Assembly (NCBI GenBank): GCA_965153355.1 | Contig: OZ231126.1 | Coordinates: 17,918,001-17,982,000 of the forward strand | Direction: 5' to 3' | Source: Flaccisagitta enflata | Taxonomy: Eukaryota | DNA: 64,000 nucleotides | Shown: positions 41,843 to 54,263 of the stretch, one piece after another | Layout of the letters: each line of letters begins with the position of its first letter | Numbering within the stretch: the stretch's first letter is position 1 | Program-made: the position numbers and the translations under genes | Notes under the pieces: generated by a model | Told to the model about the DNA's origin: nothing | Seen by the model: the letters and a program-made list of their open reading frames with translations, nothing else | The model's database searches: none

Positions 41843-44800
41843 TTTTTTTTTTTTTTGTTATCCAACGTTGAAGATCGCTTTAAAGTAAATCGTCCAGGGA
41901 AGAAATAGAGTCAGAAAGAGAGACGTGACTTGGGGATGCCGAGTCATAAGATGAAGACGAAGGAATTGAAAGCGTGGAAAAGAGCAAATGAGAAGAGGAA
42001 CCGCCCGGCGAAGGTGGAGGTGCCGGAGGCGGCCGTCCGTCTTGATGGAGTTGCGGCGGCGGCGGCTGGAAAGGAGGCGGCAACGAGTCGAAGGCCGGAT
42101 GCGTCGCTAAGAAGTTGGCAACGCGGTCAGGCGACGACCACATATCCTCAGGGGATAATTGCGTTGGACGCGCAGGGCAGTCGAAGAGGTGCTGCACAGT
42201 TTGCGGATCCAGATCGCATTCAGGACACGTATCATCGTCAGCTCTACCAATGCGATGTTGATAGTCTTTCAATTTTGCACAGAAGCCAGAGCGCAATTGC
42301 GACAAGACGGCGCGAGTTGGGCGTGGAAGAAATTTCTCTCTGTAACTTATTTGTGGAGCAGCACTATTCAGGACACGGTTGGGCTCTTGATTTCTTATGG
42401 CCTCGGTTACGATATCAGTATGGATCGATTTGATCGTCGAGCCGTAGGTACCTGGAGCAACCACCCCATTGGCATCCAGGTAAGGGGCGACAATATTATC
42501 GACCTTGGACTTCAATGTTTCCTTCATATTCCGCCTACCTGGGGGGCGCATCACAACCTCGTGTGAAGGGTGGCGAGGTTGGAGGCATTTAGCCAAGAAC
42601 TGCGATGAAAGGAGACGAAGATGGTCATTGACTCGTAACTCTTTAGCCTCTGCATGGATGTGATCAACGGAAGCCATCTGGTGGCAGCCCAGCGCCAAGC
42701 GCAGGGCCCGATTTTGGATCCGCTGGAGCCTTTTGATAGACGTGTCTGAGTAGTTTGGATATACTATTGGGGCCGCATAATCAAAGACTGATCTAATGTA
42801 GGTCTTGTAGGTGGCCAAGAGGCACTCCTTATCTTTGCCAAACTGCGTGTCTGAAAGAGCCCTTAATAAGTTGATCCTAGAAGCGGCCTTACGCGCCACG
42901 GCTGCAGCATGAGAAGAAAACGAAAATGTTGGGTCCAAGGTAACCCCAAGCAGCTTAGGATTCTTTTCTGTTGGTATTTGCGAGCCGTCCAGGGAGACGT
43001 CCAATTGAAGGTTGACTTGTTTCGTCCATGGAGTGAAGAGAGTCACTGATGATTTAGGAGCCGAAATCGACATGCCATTATTCTCAGCCCAAACATTCAT
43101 TTCCTGAATGGAACGATTTAAGACGTTTTCAATTGACCCAACATCAGAAGACGAGCTGGCAGAGTGATAGTCATCTGCAAAGGCTTCATTCACTTCCGCA
43201 ACGCTGGGCTCCAAATCGGCGCAGAAAAAGTTGAACAGAAGCGGGCTTATAACGGAACCTTGAGGCACACCAAGTTTTGATTTCCTCCACTGCGACGTGA
43301 CACCTTGATAAGCAACTCTAACCCTGCGGTCCCTCAAATAGGCAGTCAACCACCTCTTGTAGTTGGGATGAAGATCAGTTCCATTCACCTTTTTGAGCAG
43401 TTTATCCCTTTCAATGACATCGAAGGCCTTAGACAGGTCCACCATGAGGAGACCAGTTCTAGAAGCGGGTTTCGGTTGATTGAAGCCATCAGCAATGGAG
43501 GTCACCAATGGCAGAAGCGCGGTCACCGTAGACCGGCTCGACCGGAAGCCGTGCTGGGCTTGGTTGGGCTTCAGGGAGGCTGCAAGCGAGGGATACATGA
43601 GCTTCTCCAAGATCTTGGCTTCCAGGCATAAAAGGGAAATCGGACGGTAGCTATTTCCTTCATCTAAAGGTTTACCGGGTTTTGGCACCGGAATGATGGT
43701 TGCCGAGCGCCAAATGGCGGGAATATCCGCTTTCCTGACTGAAAGATTGTACAGACGAGTAAGAAAACGAACGCCGTGCGGCCCCAGATTCTTGAGATGA
43801 AGGGCATTTAAACCATTCGGGCCGATAGCCGTCGAACTTTTGGCAGATTTAATGGCATCTGCTGTCATCTGAGCCGTGAAAGGGGAAAAAGAGTTGTCGA
43901 GCTTGTTGTCTATTTTCATAGCGCGATAAGTTTGACGAGACTCTTTAGAATTCTTGTGAGGTCGAACATTGGCGTATTGCTTGCAGAATTGGTCAGCAAT
44001 ATTGACTCGCTTGGTATGGACCTTGTTCCCAAACCTGATGGGCTGGTTTGGTGCTTGATTTGTCCTCTTCCCTGACAGAGACTTCATAAGATTCCAGAAT
44101 CGCCTTGGGTTCGACTTCCGGTCGGCATCCATCACTTTATCCATCCACCGCTGCCGGTTGGCTGTGGCAATTGATAAAGCAACTTGTCGATTAAGCTCAG
44201 GAAGCTGAGGATCGTTTGGGTCTCTTCTACGAACTTCATCACGATGGCGAGCGAGACGAGTTGACTCAGGATCAAGACCAGGTGAGTGATTCTTGAAAAA
44301 CCCAGAAGGAACAAAACGAGCCGAAGCCTTTTGCATGATTCTGCGCCAAACTTTCTCTCCCTGAGAGCATGACGAAGGTAGAGGAGTTGAAGCAAATTGA
44401 GATTCTGTGTACTGCTTAAACCCTTGCCAATCTGCCTAATGATAACTAAAGTAAGTTTTAGAAGTGCGATTTGTTGGAATGTCATTGTCGAAGATGACGG
44501 AGTGAGGGTAGTGGTCGGAATTGAGAGTGGAGACGACGGACCAGTTGAGACTAGTGGCGATGTTGATAGGCGCAAAAACGACGTCTGGCGAAGAGTGAGA
44601 AGAAGGACGAGTGGCGACATCTGGGTCGTTGAGGACGATGTAGTTAGCACGGTCAACTTCCTCAGCGATAGCATCACCGCGATTGTCACTATTTCCAATA
44701 GACCACAAATCGTCGTGGGCGTTGATATCCCCAACAACAACTGTGGAGCCGTCGAGAAGAGGCGAGATGGAGGCGACGTAGTTCCGCGGACTGCCATCCG

Positions 44801-45426
44801 GATTTCGAATGGAAGATTGAGGCGGCACGTAAATGTTCGCGATGGTAATGTCGACGTTGGCTATTTTAGTTTTGATGAGAATCGATTCAGCGACACCATC
44901 CTGTAGAGGCGATGGTATTTCGACGTAGGAGAGAGAGTGATGAATTAATGTCACCAGACCACCACCACCACCCGTCGGCCGGTCCCGGCGAACAGCAACA
45001 TAGTCCTGGAACACCGGCGTTCGAATATTTGGACCTAGCTTTGATTCCTGAATGCAGGCTACTTTGACCTGCCGTCGCGAAAGAAAGTCGGCCAATTCTA
45101 CAGCTGAGCTCCGGATTCCGTTACAGTTCCATCCTAGAATACCGATGGGGGCGTGGAGGAATTTTGACGTGGTCCTGGATTGATGCTGACGTTGCCGATG
45201 ACGAGAAGGAAGAAAATGACGGAGGAGACGAGGAGAGAGAGAAGAGACGACGGGCGATTTAATTTTCGGGGGGAGGAGATAAACCGGCGTTTACGGACGG
45301 ACGCCGCCGCCGGCCACGACGTCCGCCTTAAAAAGGGAGACGATCTTCTGTTGGTTGTTGTGTATGCAAATTCGGCCCCCCGAGGGGGGATCCAATCCAC
45401 CACGGAAAGGCTGCATTTTTGGATTG
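41843..45426 (-). mobile_element. Full-length non-LTR retrotransposon, Ingi/Vingi-like (single ORF APE-RT-zinc finger, no RNase H), 3584 bp
   Basis: TSD GGTCAGCGGTAC at 41831-41842 and 45427-45438; poly(A) tail (T14 at 41843-41856); 3'UTR about 23 nt. APE motifs WNCNG, CIQESKL, NIYVPP, GDINAH, SSPDV, SDH. RT motifs YRPISLL, QHGFR, DLSKAFD, GVPQGSVISPLLF, FADD, LLGVTLD. C-terminal QLRSG...CPEC...HLFDCP. Clade assignment is from recalled motif style only. Confidence 0.93.
41880..45250 (-). pseudogene. Retrotransposon polyprotein (2A-like/APE/RT/zf) disrupted by one frameshift and one nonsense codon
   Basis: ORFs 44436..45095 and 41880..44336 are in the same frame, separated only by TAG at 44436-44438 (YH*ADW, where K-ADW is typical). 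The NPGP leader is one base out of frame with APE near 45135-45165. Confidence 0.88.
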
Positions 45427-45427
45427 G
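45364..45427 (-). ncRNA. Candidate HDV-like self-cleaving ribozyme at the retrotransposon 5' end
   Basis: (C)CAAUCC-AAAA-AUGCA-GCC-UUUCCGU-GGU-GGAUUG-GAU-CCCCC-CUCG-GGGGG-CCGAAUU-UGCAU. Proposed pairings: P1 CAAUCC/GGAUUG, P2 AUGCA/UGCAU, P3 GCC/GGU with a 7-nt loop, P4 hairpin, J4/2 CGAA. Confidence 0.55.
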
Positions 45428-45617
45428 GTCAGCGGTACTAGATGCCCTGCTTGGAGTGATTAGCTGAAGAAGTGGAGTGAGAGCAGGGCAGCGGCCCGCA
45501 GCGGCCCTAAAGGGCCGATGTCCTGTAGGACACAGGGGTGAATTTCCATGCGTCCTGAGAGGGCATATTTGAGGCCTTAGTATAAATTTTCCATGATATT
45601 CAATGACAATTTTGCAC

Positions 45618-46359
45618 TTTTTGGGCAGCGGCCCCAAAGGGGACAAAGTCCTGTAGAACACAGGGGGACTTTCGTTCGTTCGTCCGTTTGTTCGTTGTTT
45701 GTTTGTCCCCCCCCCTCACCAGGCCCTTCAGGCCTCAAATCTGGCCTCTGAGACCTCAAATCTGGCCTCTCAGGCCTCAAATCCAGCCTCACTGCCCTCA
45801 AATCCAGCCTCTCAGGCCTCAAATACAGCCTCTCAGGCCTTAAATCCAACCTCTCAGGCCTCAAACCTGGCCTCTCAGGCCTTAAATTAGGCTACTCAGG
45901 CCTCAAATCCAAATTCTCAGGCCTCAAACCTGGCTTCTCAAGCCTCAAATTAGGTCTCTCAGGCCTCAAATAAGGCCTCTCAGACCTCAAATAAGGCCTC
46001 TCAGGCCTCAAATTAGGCCTCTCAGGCCTCAAATCAGCTATCTAAGCCTCAATCTATTGCTCTCAGGCTTCAAATCAATCCTCTGACCTTTCAAGCTTTA
46101 ATCCAGCTCTCTCAAGCATCAAGTCAGCCCTCTCAAGCTTTAGATTGGCATTCTGAAGCCTCACATCAGCCTTCTTAGACCTCAGTTTAGGCTCTTAAAG
46201 GTCTTCAGTAAGCTGACGAACAAACAAAAGTCCCCCTGTGTTCTACAGGACTTTGTCCCCTTCAGGGCCGCTGCCCTGCTTCCCCTAACTCCAATTCACA
46301 ATCACTGAAAGCAGGGCAACGGGTATCGCTGACCACATATTGCCCTTGGGCGACCTGTT
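45618..46359 (+). mobile_element. HINE-like element (GGGCAGCGGCCC family) with ~20-bp central tandem repeats
   Basis: ~60-bp inverted repeats (45623-45684 / 46215-46276) enclose (CTCTCAGGCCTCAAAT...)n; an 80-nt 3' tail contains GTATCGCTGACC and GCCCTTGGGC and ends CTGTT; inserted in a T run. Confidence 0.85.
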
Positions 46360-46684
46360 CAATTTTTTGTCAATTTGCCATGTTATTTAATGGGAATTTT
46401 ACATTTTTCTTATTTTCATCAATTTCCCATGTTATTCAATGGGAAACATGCATTTTTTTGGTTTTTTGTAACTTTTCCATGTTATTCAATGGGGAATTTG
46501 CATTTTGACAATTTCCCATGTTTTCTGATGGAAATTTGAGGCTTTAGAAGCTTCGGGGGGGATGTACGGACGGACGAACGGACGGACGGACGTATGGAAA
46601 TTTACCCCTGTGTCCTACAGGACAGGGCCCTTTGGGGCCACTGCCCAAAAAGGAAGTGTGAATAGAGAATGGGGGAGAAAAGTC

Positions 46685-46718
<34 letters not shown>

Positions 46719-47028
46719 TCGATTTTTTCAGTCATATTTGGGTGAACAATTGCTCAAAATTGATGACAGTTGAAGAACAGACAAAAGAGGTTGAATGTCT
46801 AGCTCATGCTCATGCCATGGACGGATTATTCATGTCTGAAATAAAACAACCAGTTTACTTTAAACAGTTACAAATGTCAAGTCTCCTGTCTCAAATTCGA
46901 AATTTTTCAAATTTTCATATAACATTGTTTTCCATTGGAATAGAAACGATCTCAGAAATAGATTTCTCTGAATTGATAACAGATACAAGGAAAGCGACTC
47001 TACTGGATTTACTATGTTAAGCGACCTA

Positions 47029-47603
47029 ACTATGGCAAAAAAAATTTTTGCGGAAAACAAAAACTATGTAAAACCATACTTAACGGTATCCAATTTTCAT
47101 AGAAATTGAACTGAAGCTAAAGTATATTGTGTAGATGGTTGGGTAAAAAAATTATTGAATTCCTCCAATATTTGGGGGGTAGAGAGCAATTTGAGTAAAA
47201 AAAGCGAAGTTTAGAAATTGATGAAAATCAAAGGGAGACACATTTTCAAATGACAAGGAAAAGAAAAAATGCTCTTGCAGCTAAAAGTTTTGGAATTTCC
47301 GCATGATTTTTTAGCTGCTACCCCCTAATTATGTCTCCCAGCTTCAGTAAAAATTTTATGAACGTCGGAGCATTTTTTGTATGGTTTTATGGAATGAGAA
47401 TATCACTAAGTATAAAAAGATAATGGGCAAATGAAATCTAGACAAATTTTAGAAAAATGTGGATTGCGGCCAAACGGTTCAGAGTAAGCAGCATCTTTAT
47501 GATTATTCGGCCTAGTAACGCCTAAATTTTCATCCAAATTGGTTGATATTTACTACCATTTTTGGTTGTTCAAAAATCTCTGCAAAATTTTTTTTGCCAT
47601 AGT
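47029..47603. mobile_element. TA-flanked MITE
   Basis: TA|ACTATGGCAAAAAAAATTTTTGC ... GCAAAATTTTTTTTGCCATAGT|TA. Confidence 0.65.
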
Positions 47604-47630
47604 TATCAACATTTCAAAGCGGAAAATTCC

Positions 47631-47713
<83 letters not shown>

Positions 47714-48699
47714 CTCATTCAAGAAATGGTTGATCCTTTAGTTATGATAAGTTAGTTATGAAAAAAATTGTGAATCATATCGGAAATCGATATCTAGCTA
47801 TATATAATAATTGATATATAGCTATCTCTTCTCGTATCTATTGGAGACGAGAATCGCCTAGATCGTGCAGTAGATCGTATCTATTTGTAAAACCTGTATC
47901 GTCAGTGGTTAGTGCGATGACCAATGCTTAGACGCAAGAGGAGTCATAAAGCGTATCTTAATCTAAGGGGTTGATTTAGGCTGGGACTTGGGCCATAAGA
48001 CAGGAATTTGGGCCTCAAGACTGGGATTTGGGACTTGCAATATCAGGTCCGTAAGGCTAGGAGTTGAGCCTTAGGCCTGATATTGGGGCCTTGTAATATT
48101 TGGTCCGCAAAGCCGGGATTTTGGTCCCAGGGCTGGGATTTTGGCACTGAGGCTGGGTTTTGGGATTCAAAAATGGAAATTGGGCCTCGTGGTTGGGATT
48201 TGGTCCTCAAAGTTGTGATTTGGGCCTTGAGACCGGAATTTGGGTTTCAACGCTGGGATTTTGGCTCGGAGGTTAGGATTTGAGTCTCGGGGTCTCGTTG
48301 TTGTAATGCTGTGGTCCATCGTTTCAATTTTCTGTTATTTTGTAAAATTGTAAGTAAAACTTAGTTGTTGTTGACTTGTTGCACTCTCTCATGTACGCGC
48401 ACAGAGACGTACACAAACACACTTACCAAGATGCATAGTATGGTTGTCTGATGTCTATCATCTTGTTCGTTTTTTCTATCCCCGTGAGCTTTGTTAAATC
48501 CAAGGCAAATCCCTCCCACTAAACACAAAAAAGCCCTCAAACCAGTTTCTCGAGTTACCTCTTTGACAGGCTTTGTGAGCGACGAAAGATCCCCTACTCA
48601 TCTCACCAATTGAAAAAAAGATTAAAAAAGATTAATTTATTTTCTTTTTCTTTCTTTTTTTGAACGTCTGCTTTTCAGCCTGTGCCTCTCTGTCTCTAA

Positions 48700-49162
<463 letters not shown>

Positions 49163-50122
49163 TCTCTAGTTTCCGTTTTTAGATGTGTCATCGCATCTCT
49201 ATAAGACCGTCCGTCTGTCCGTCTGTCTGTCTGTCTGTCCGTCTGTCCGTCCGTCGGTATATCCTTTACAACTGTGCACAAATCGCGCAGATGTTGCATC
49301 GAGTTGCCCGGATATGCTTGTTTCCCCTTTTGTTTCCTTCCTCAGCGAAGTATTGAATCTCAATCAAGAGTAAAATGAGATTTTCTATCCCCGGAAGTTT
49401 TAATTAAGATTGTGGAGACGGAGTTAGTACAAAAATTCAAAGGACTATACAAAGTCTTTTATGAAACATAATCAGAATTGATTGAATTACATCAATCAAA
49501 TGACTTTGCTGGTGTTAATGTCAATCGCCCAAAAGTAAAAAGATGTTGTTGTTGCTGGCGGGTGGGTGGGGATAGGGGGATGGCAATGGTAAATAAGAAC
49601 GACAAGGACAAAGTTACGAAAACCACTCGTAACAGCGAGCAGCGTGTACAAAAGCCGCGCATATATGACAATGCGATAATTGAAACTAGCAGATTCGATA
49701 TTACGTTTTTATAATCTTAAACGGCGAATTCTTTTCGTTAAGACAAAAGATAGCTGCACGAAAATTCGAAAACGCTTCATTTTATCCAATAACCCAAGAT
49801 TCAGTCAAAAGGCTTCACTGTACCAAAATAGGATATGGTCATTTAGTGTGCTGGTGTTCTCCTGAAATGACTGATCGGGAAAAAAGTCGAAGTCAGTCTT
49901 CGACTTTTTGACATATTCGAGAGAAACAGGATTTTCATTTTCTTATTAGGAAGTTGAGGGTCTCCTAGGGCAGATTGGGGCCTCCAATGAAATTGATAGG
50001 GTAAGTAAATTGGATAATTCTCTTTCATTTGGCGCCAAGCAGAATGCTCTACGACAAATACTTTTCGCGCTATGATTTTTTAAAGATTTATTTACGAAAA
50101 ATTCAAATGGGATTTTTTTCGA

Positions 50123-52024
50123 TTTTTAGTCGCGTGCACGCGACTCTACAACCCGCTCCGTCTGTCGGTCGGTCGGTCGGTCGGTCGGTCGGTCCGTCGG
50201 TCCGTCGGTCCGTCGGTCCGTAACACTTAGCTTTTTTGCATCTTTTTGGGTCGTCTGGAGTTATTTTGAGACATTTTTTGGTTGTTTTTGGGAATTATTG
50301 GTTGCTTTTAGTCATTTTTGGTCATTTTTGGTCATTTTTGGTCATTTTTGGTCATTTTGGTCATTTTGGTCATTTTTGGTCATTTCTGGTCATTTTGGTC
50401 ATTTCTGGTCATTTTTGATCATTTTTGATCATTTTTGATCATTTTTGATAGTTTTTGATCATTTTTGATCATTTTTGGTCATTATGGTCAATTTTGGTCA
50501 TTTTGATCATTTTTGGTTATCTTTGGTTATCTTTGGTCATTTTGGTCATTTTGATCATTTTTGGTCATTTTTGGTCATTTTTGGTCATTTTTGATCATTT
50601 CTGGTCATTTCTGGTCATTTTTGGTCAATTTTGGTCAATTTTGGTCATTTTGGTCATTTTGATCATTTTGATCATTTATGGTCATTTATGGTCATTTATG
50701 GTCATTTATGGTCATTTTTGGTCATTTTTGGTCATTTTGGTCATTTTGGTCATTTTGGTCATTTTGGTCATTTTGGTATTTTGGTATTTTGGTATTTTGG
50801 TCATTTTTGGTCATTTTTGGTCATTTTTGGTCATTTTTGGTCATTTTTGGTCATTTTTGGTCATTTTTGATCATTTTTGATCATTTTTGGTCATTTTGGT
50901 CATTTTTGGTCATTTTTGGTCATTTTTGGTCATTTTTGGTCATTTTGGTCATTTTGGTCATTTGGGTCATTTGGGTCATTTTGGTCATTTTGGTCATTCT
51001 TGGTCATTCTTGGTCATTTTTGATCATTCTTGGTCATTTTTGGTCATTTTTGGTCATTTTTGGTTAAAGTCTGCTGGTTAAAGTCTGCTGGTTAAAGTCT
51101 GCTGGTTAAAGTCTGCTGGTTAAAGTCTGCTGGCTAAAGTCTGCTGGCTAAAGTCTGCTGGTTAAAGTCTGCTGGGTAAAGTCTGATGGTTAAAGTCTGC
51201 TGGTTTAAATCTGCTGGTTTAAGTCTGCTGGTTTGAATCTAATGGGTTACGTCTGCTGGTTAAAGTCTGCTGTTTTAAATCTGCTGTTTTAAATCTGCTG
51301 GTTTAAATCTAATGGTTTAAGTCTGCTGGTCTAATGGTTTAAGTCTGCTGGTTTAAGTCTGCTGGTTAAAATGATATTAAAGATAAGTATGGTTTAAGTC
51401 TGGTTTAAGTCTGGTTTAAGTATGGTTTAAGTATGGTTAAAGTCGGGTTTAGGTCTGGTTTAAGTCTGGTTTACATCTGGTTTAAGTCTGGTTTAAGTCT
51501 GGTTTAAGACTTGTTCATGTCTGATTTATGTCTGGTTTAGGTCTGGTTTAGGTCTGGGTTAGGTCTGGTTTGTGTCTGATTTAGGTCTGATTTAGGTCTG
51601 GTTTTGGTCTGGTTTTGGTCTGGTGTTGGTCTGGTTTAATTCTGGTTTGAGTCTGGTTTGAGTCTGGTTTGAGTCTGGTTTGAGTCTGGTTTGATTCTGG
51701 TTTGAGCCTGGTTGGAGCCTGGTTTGAGCCTGGTTTCGGTCTGGTTTAAGTCTGGTTTGAGTCTGGTTTGAGTCTGGTTTGAGTATGGTTTATGTCTGGT
51801 TTATGTCTGATTTAGGTCTGGTTTTGGTCTGGTTTAATTCTGGTTTGAGTCTCGTTTGAGTCTGGTTTGAGTCTGGTTTGAGTCTGGTTTGAGTCTGGTT
51901 TGAGTCTGGTTTGGGTCAGTTTTGGGTTGCATTTAAGTCTGATTTTTGATAAAAAGATACAATAGGAGTCAGGTCAGTTCAGTTATTTTTGTCCTGCACG
52001 CGACTTATAGGTGTTGGCCTTGTT
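50123..52024 (+). mobile_element. Satellite-carrying HINE, copy C
   Basis: Same termini and module order; 10-mer array at about 50310-51063. Confidence 0.88.
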
Positions 52025-52041
52025 TAAAAGAGTCTATTCAT

Positions 52042-54263
52042 TACGTTTCTTCAAGCACAGTAGGAACGTTGATACGCCACCTGTCAACGTTTCCATTGAT
52101 GATACATGACATGCCCAGTCTACATTTCAAATTTGAGCATCTCAGCGTCACCAAACCCTTCGTCGAAATGCACTTGAAGAAATAAACAAAAGACAATGAC
52201 ATTCTTGAACCACTTTTTTTCAATTTCATTTTATTTTACCAAAGGATGAGAGCCTTTGAAGCTCTCAATGGTGTTTTCAATTGATTGAATGCAAAATGTC
52301 AATTATTTGATTACTCTTTTCGGTTGGAAGGCGCAACGACGTAAGTCATTGCAAACAACACGCGACGCTTGCAAACAAGGCCGGAGCAGGAGCAGTAATG
52401 CGAAAACTGCTCACAATTCAAAAATATTCATGACGGAGAGAGGGACCGATGGACATACCGACCGACACGGCAAGGTGTAGTCACGTGTTCTTGACTAACA
52501 AGTGACGCGAGGTCACGATATTGTTGCAAACGGGTGGGCAGGGGCACTCAACCCCCATCCACAACCTAAGTCCCCCACTCACATATACAAAATGCATCTA
52601 AAACGCTCTATTCACACGGGCCGACGGACCAACAGACCAACGGACAAAGCCTCTTATAGAGTTGCATGTCCGCAACTAAAAACTGACGTTGTTCCTCAGA
52701 CTTAGTAGTTCTGTCATTGAAGTCCGTCACCAGTTGTATCATATGCTCTGCCACATCATTGGTGACATGAAATCTTTTCACATGCCGCTTGAGTCGAGCG
52801 AAGCATTCATCATCACCCAACTTGTTTGATCGCGTTAACAAAAACAAAGGATCTAGGTCCAGGATTTGAGAAGAAACGTAGCTCTGTTCTCCAGGTGAGG
52901 TTCATCCCGCTTTGTTGGTCGGTCGGTCGGTCGGTTGGTCCTCTTTTTACTTTTTTTGGCGTTTTTGCCTTGCCCAAATGCCCACGTGACCTCTATCACT
53001 GCTCCTGCCCACCCACACGCGACTGGGGTAGTCGTGTGTCCAGTCGTGTGTCCAGTCGTGTGTCCAGTCTTGTTCAACATGACTTAAGCTTTCCTCATAG
53101 TTGACCCTTTTTGTCAATTTCTTTTTATTTCTTTGTTGGCAATAAGGGAAATCCGCCTAAAGTGGATAAAATTTGTTGGTCCCTTGATATCCGTTTTTGC
53201 GGGGTTTAACTGTAATCAAAACAGCTACCCTAGTTGCGTGGGTGGGCAGGGGCAGTGATTAAATTGATCAACCACTAACCAGACAGCTGGGCAGGAGCAG
53301 TAACCCATCCCCTACCCCCCCCCCCTGGTAAACGCCGAAATAAGCTGAGCATGACTGATTGACGGAGGGACGGACCGACGGACAGAGCGGGTTGTAGAGT
53401 CGCGTGCACGCAACAAAACAACAGTTAAAAGGATGGATGAGCCTGGGCTTTGGCTGACCACGTAGAGAGAGAGAGAGAGAAAGAGAGAGAACACGCACAC
53501 ACAAACACACAAACACACACGCACACGGGATGTTTCTAGTCAGAGACAATCGCGTTTTGAACGGGTCACTCGGTCGCTCGCTATGTTTGTTCGCTCGCAC
53601 CGCTCCCTCCGCTCACACACTACTCAGCACTCCCATTCACTGCGCTCGCTTTGCTCGCTCGCTCCGTTCACGGGCTTGCTTACTCACTTTGCTCACTCCC
53701 TTGTGGGACAGTTGAAGTTCTCAAGTATGTAATCACGCTGTAGTCGCGTTTCACGGGTTCAAACCCGTTTTTCATCTTCACTAGAAACACGCCCACACAC
53801 AACCACACACGCAAACACACACACACACACGCACACACACACACACACAATATCGTTGCGGACGGGCGGGCAGGGGCATCCAACCCCTATCCACACCCAA
53901 CACTCCCACCCAAATACAGTGCATCTTAAACGCTCATTTTCGCACTTTTTGACTCGTGCTTATGGACCAACAGATCAACGGACCGACAGACGGACAGATG
54001 GACCAAGCCTTTCGTTCGTGTCGGCAACTAATAATTTCAACTCCAAGGCTGCCGTTTGTAACGAAGCGTCAGAGGCTTTTAAGAATTGTGCATCTTATTA
54101 GTTTGTTTTTTATTGCAGTCTGAAGCTTTTTTTTCGTTTCGGCGAAGGGTTTGGTGATGCTGTGACGTTCAAATTTGAAATGTAGACTGGGAATGTCATG
54201 TATCATCGATAGAAACGTTGACAAGTGGCGTAATATTGTTTCTACCGTGCTTGAAGAAACGTA
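52042..54263. mobile_element. hAT-type element with ~125-bp TIRs and a probable transposase remnant
   Basis: TIR TACGTTTCTTCAAGCAC...; 8-bp TSD CTATTCAT at 52034-52041 and 54264-54271; minus-strand fragment VTNDVAEHMIQLVTDFNDRTTKSEEQRQFL (about 52680-52770); several HINEs inserted inside. Confidence 0.8.

Larger units (their letters stand above)
41806..46651 (-). mobile_element. HINE-like non-autonomous element (GGGCAGCGGCCC family) hosting the LINE and a second HINE
   Basis: 5' end TTTTTGGGCAGTGGCCCCAAAGGG...CCTGTAGGACACAGGGG at 46651, then (GTCC)n. Inverted copy of this end at about 45487-45547. The 3' tail ...GTACCGCTGACC[LINE]ATGTGGAAACCTTGGACGACTTGTT ends at 41806. Confidence 0.8.

Noticed and set aside
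41930-45467. Plus-strand ORFs overlapping the retrotransposon
   Set aside because: Antisense shadows of the GC-richer RT/APE frame, with no motifs.
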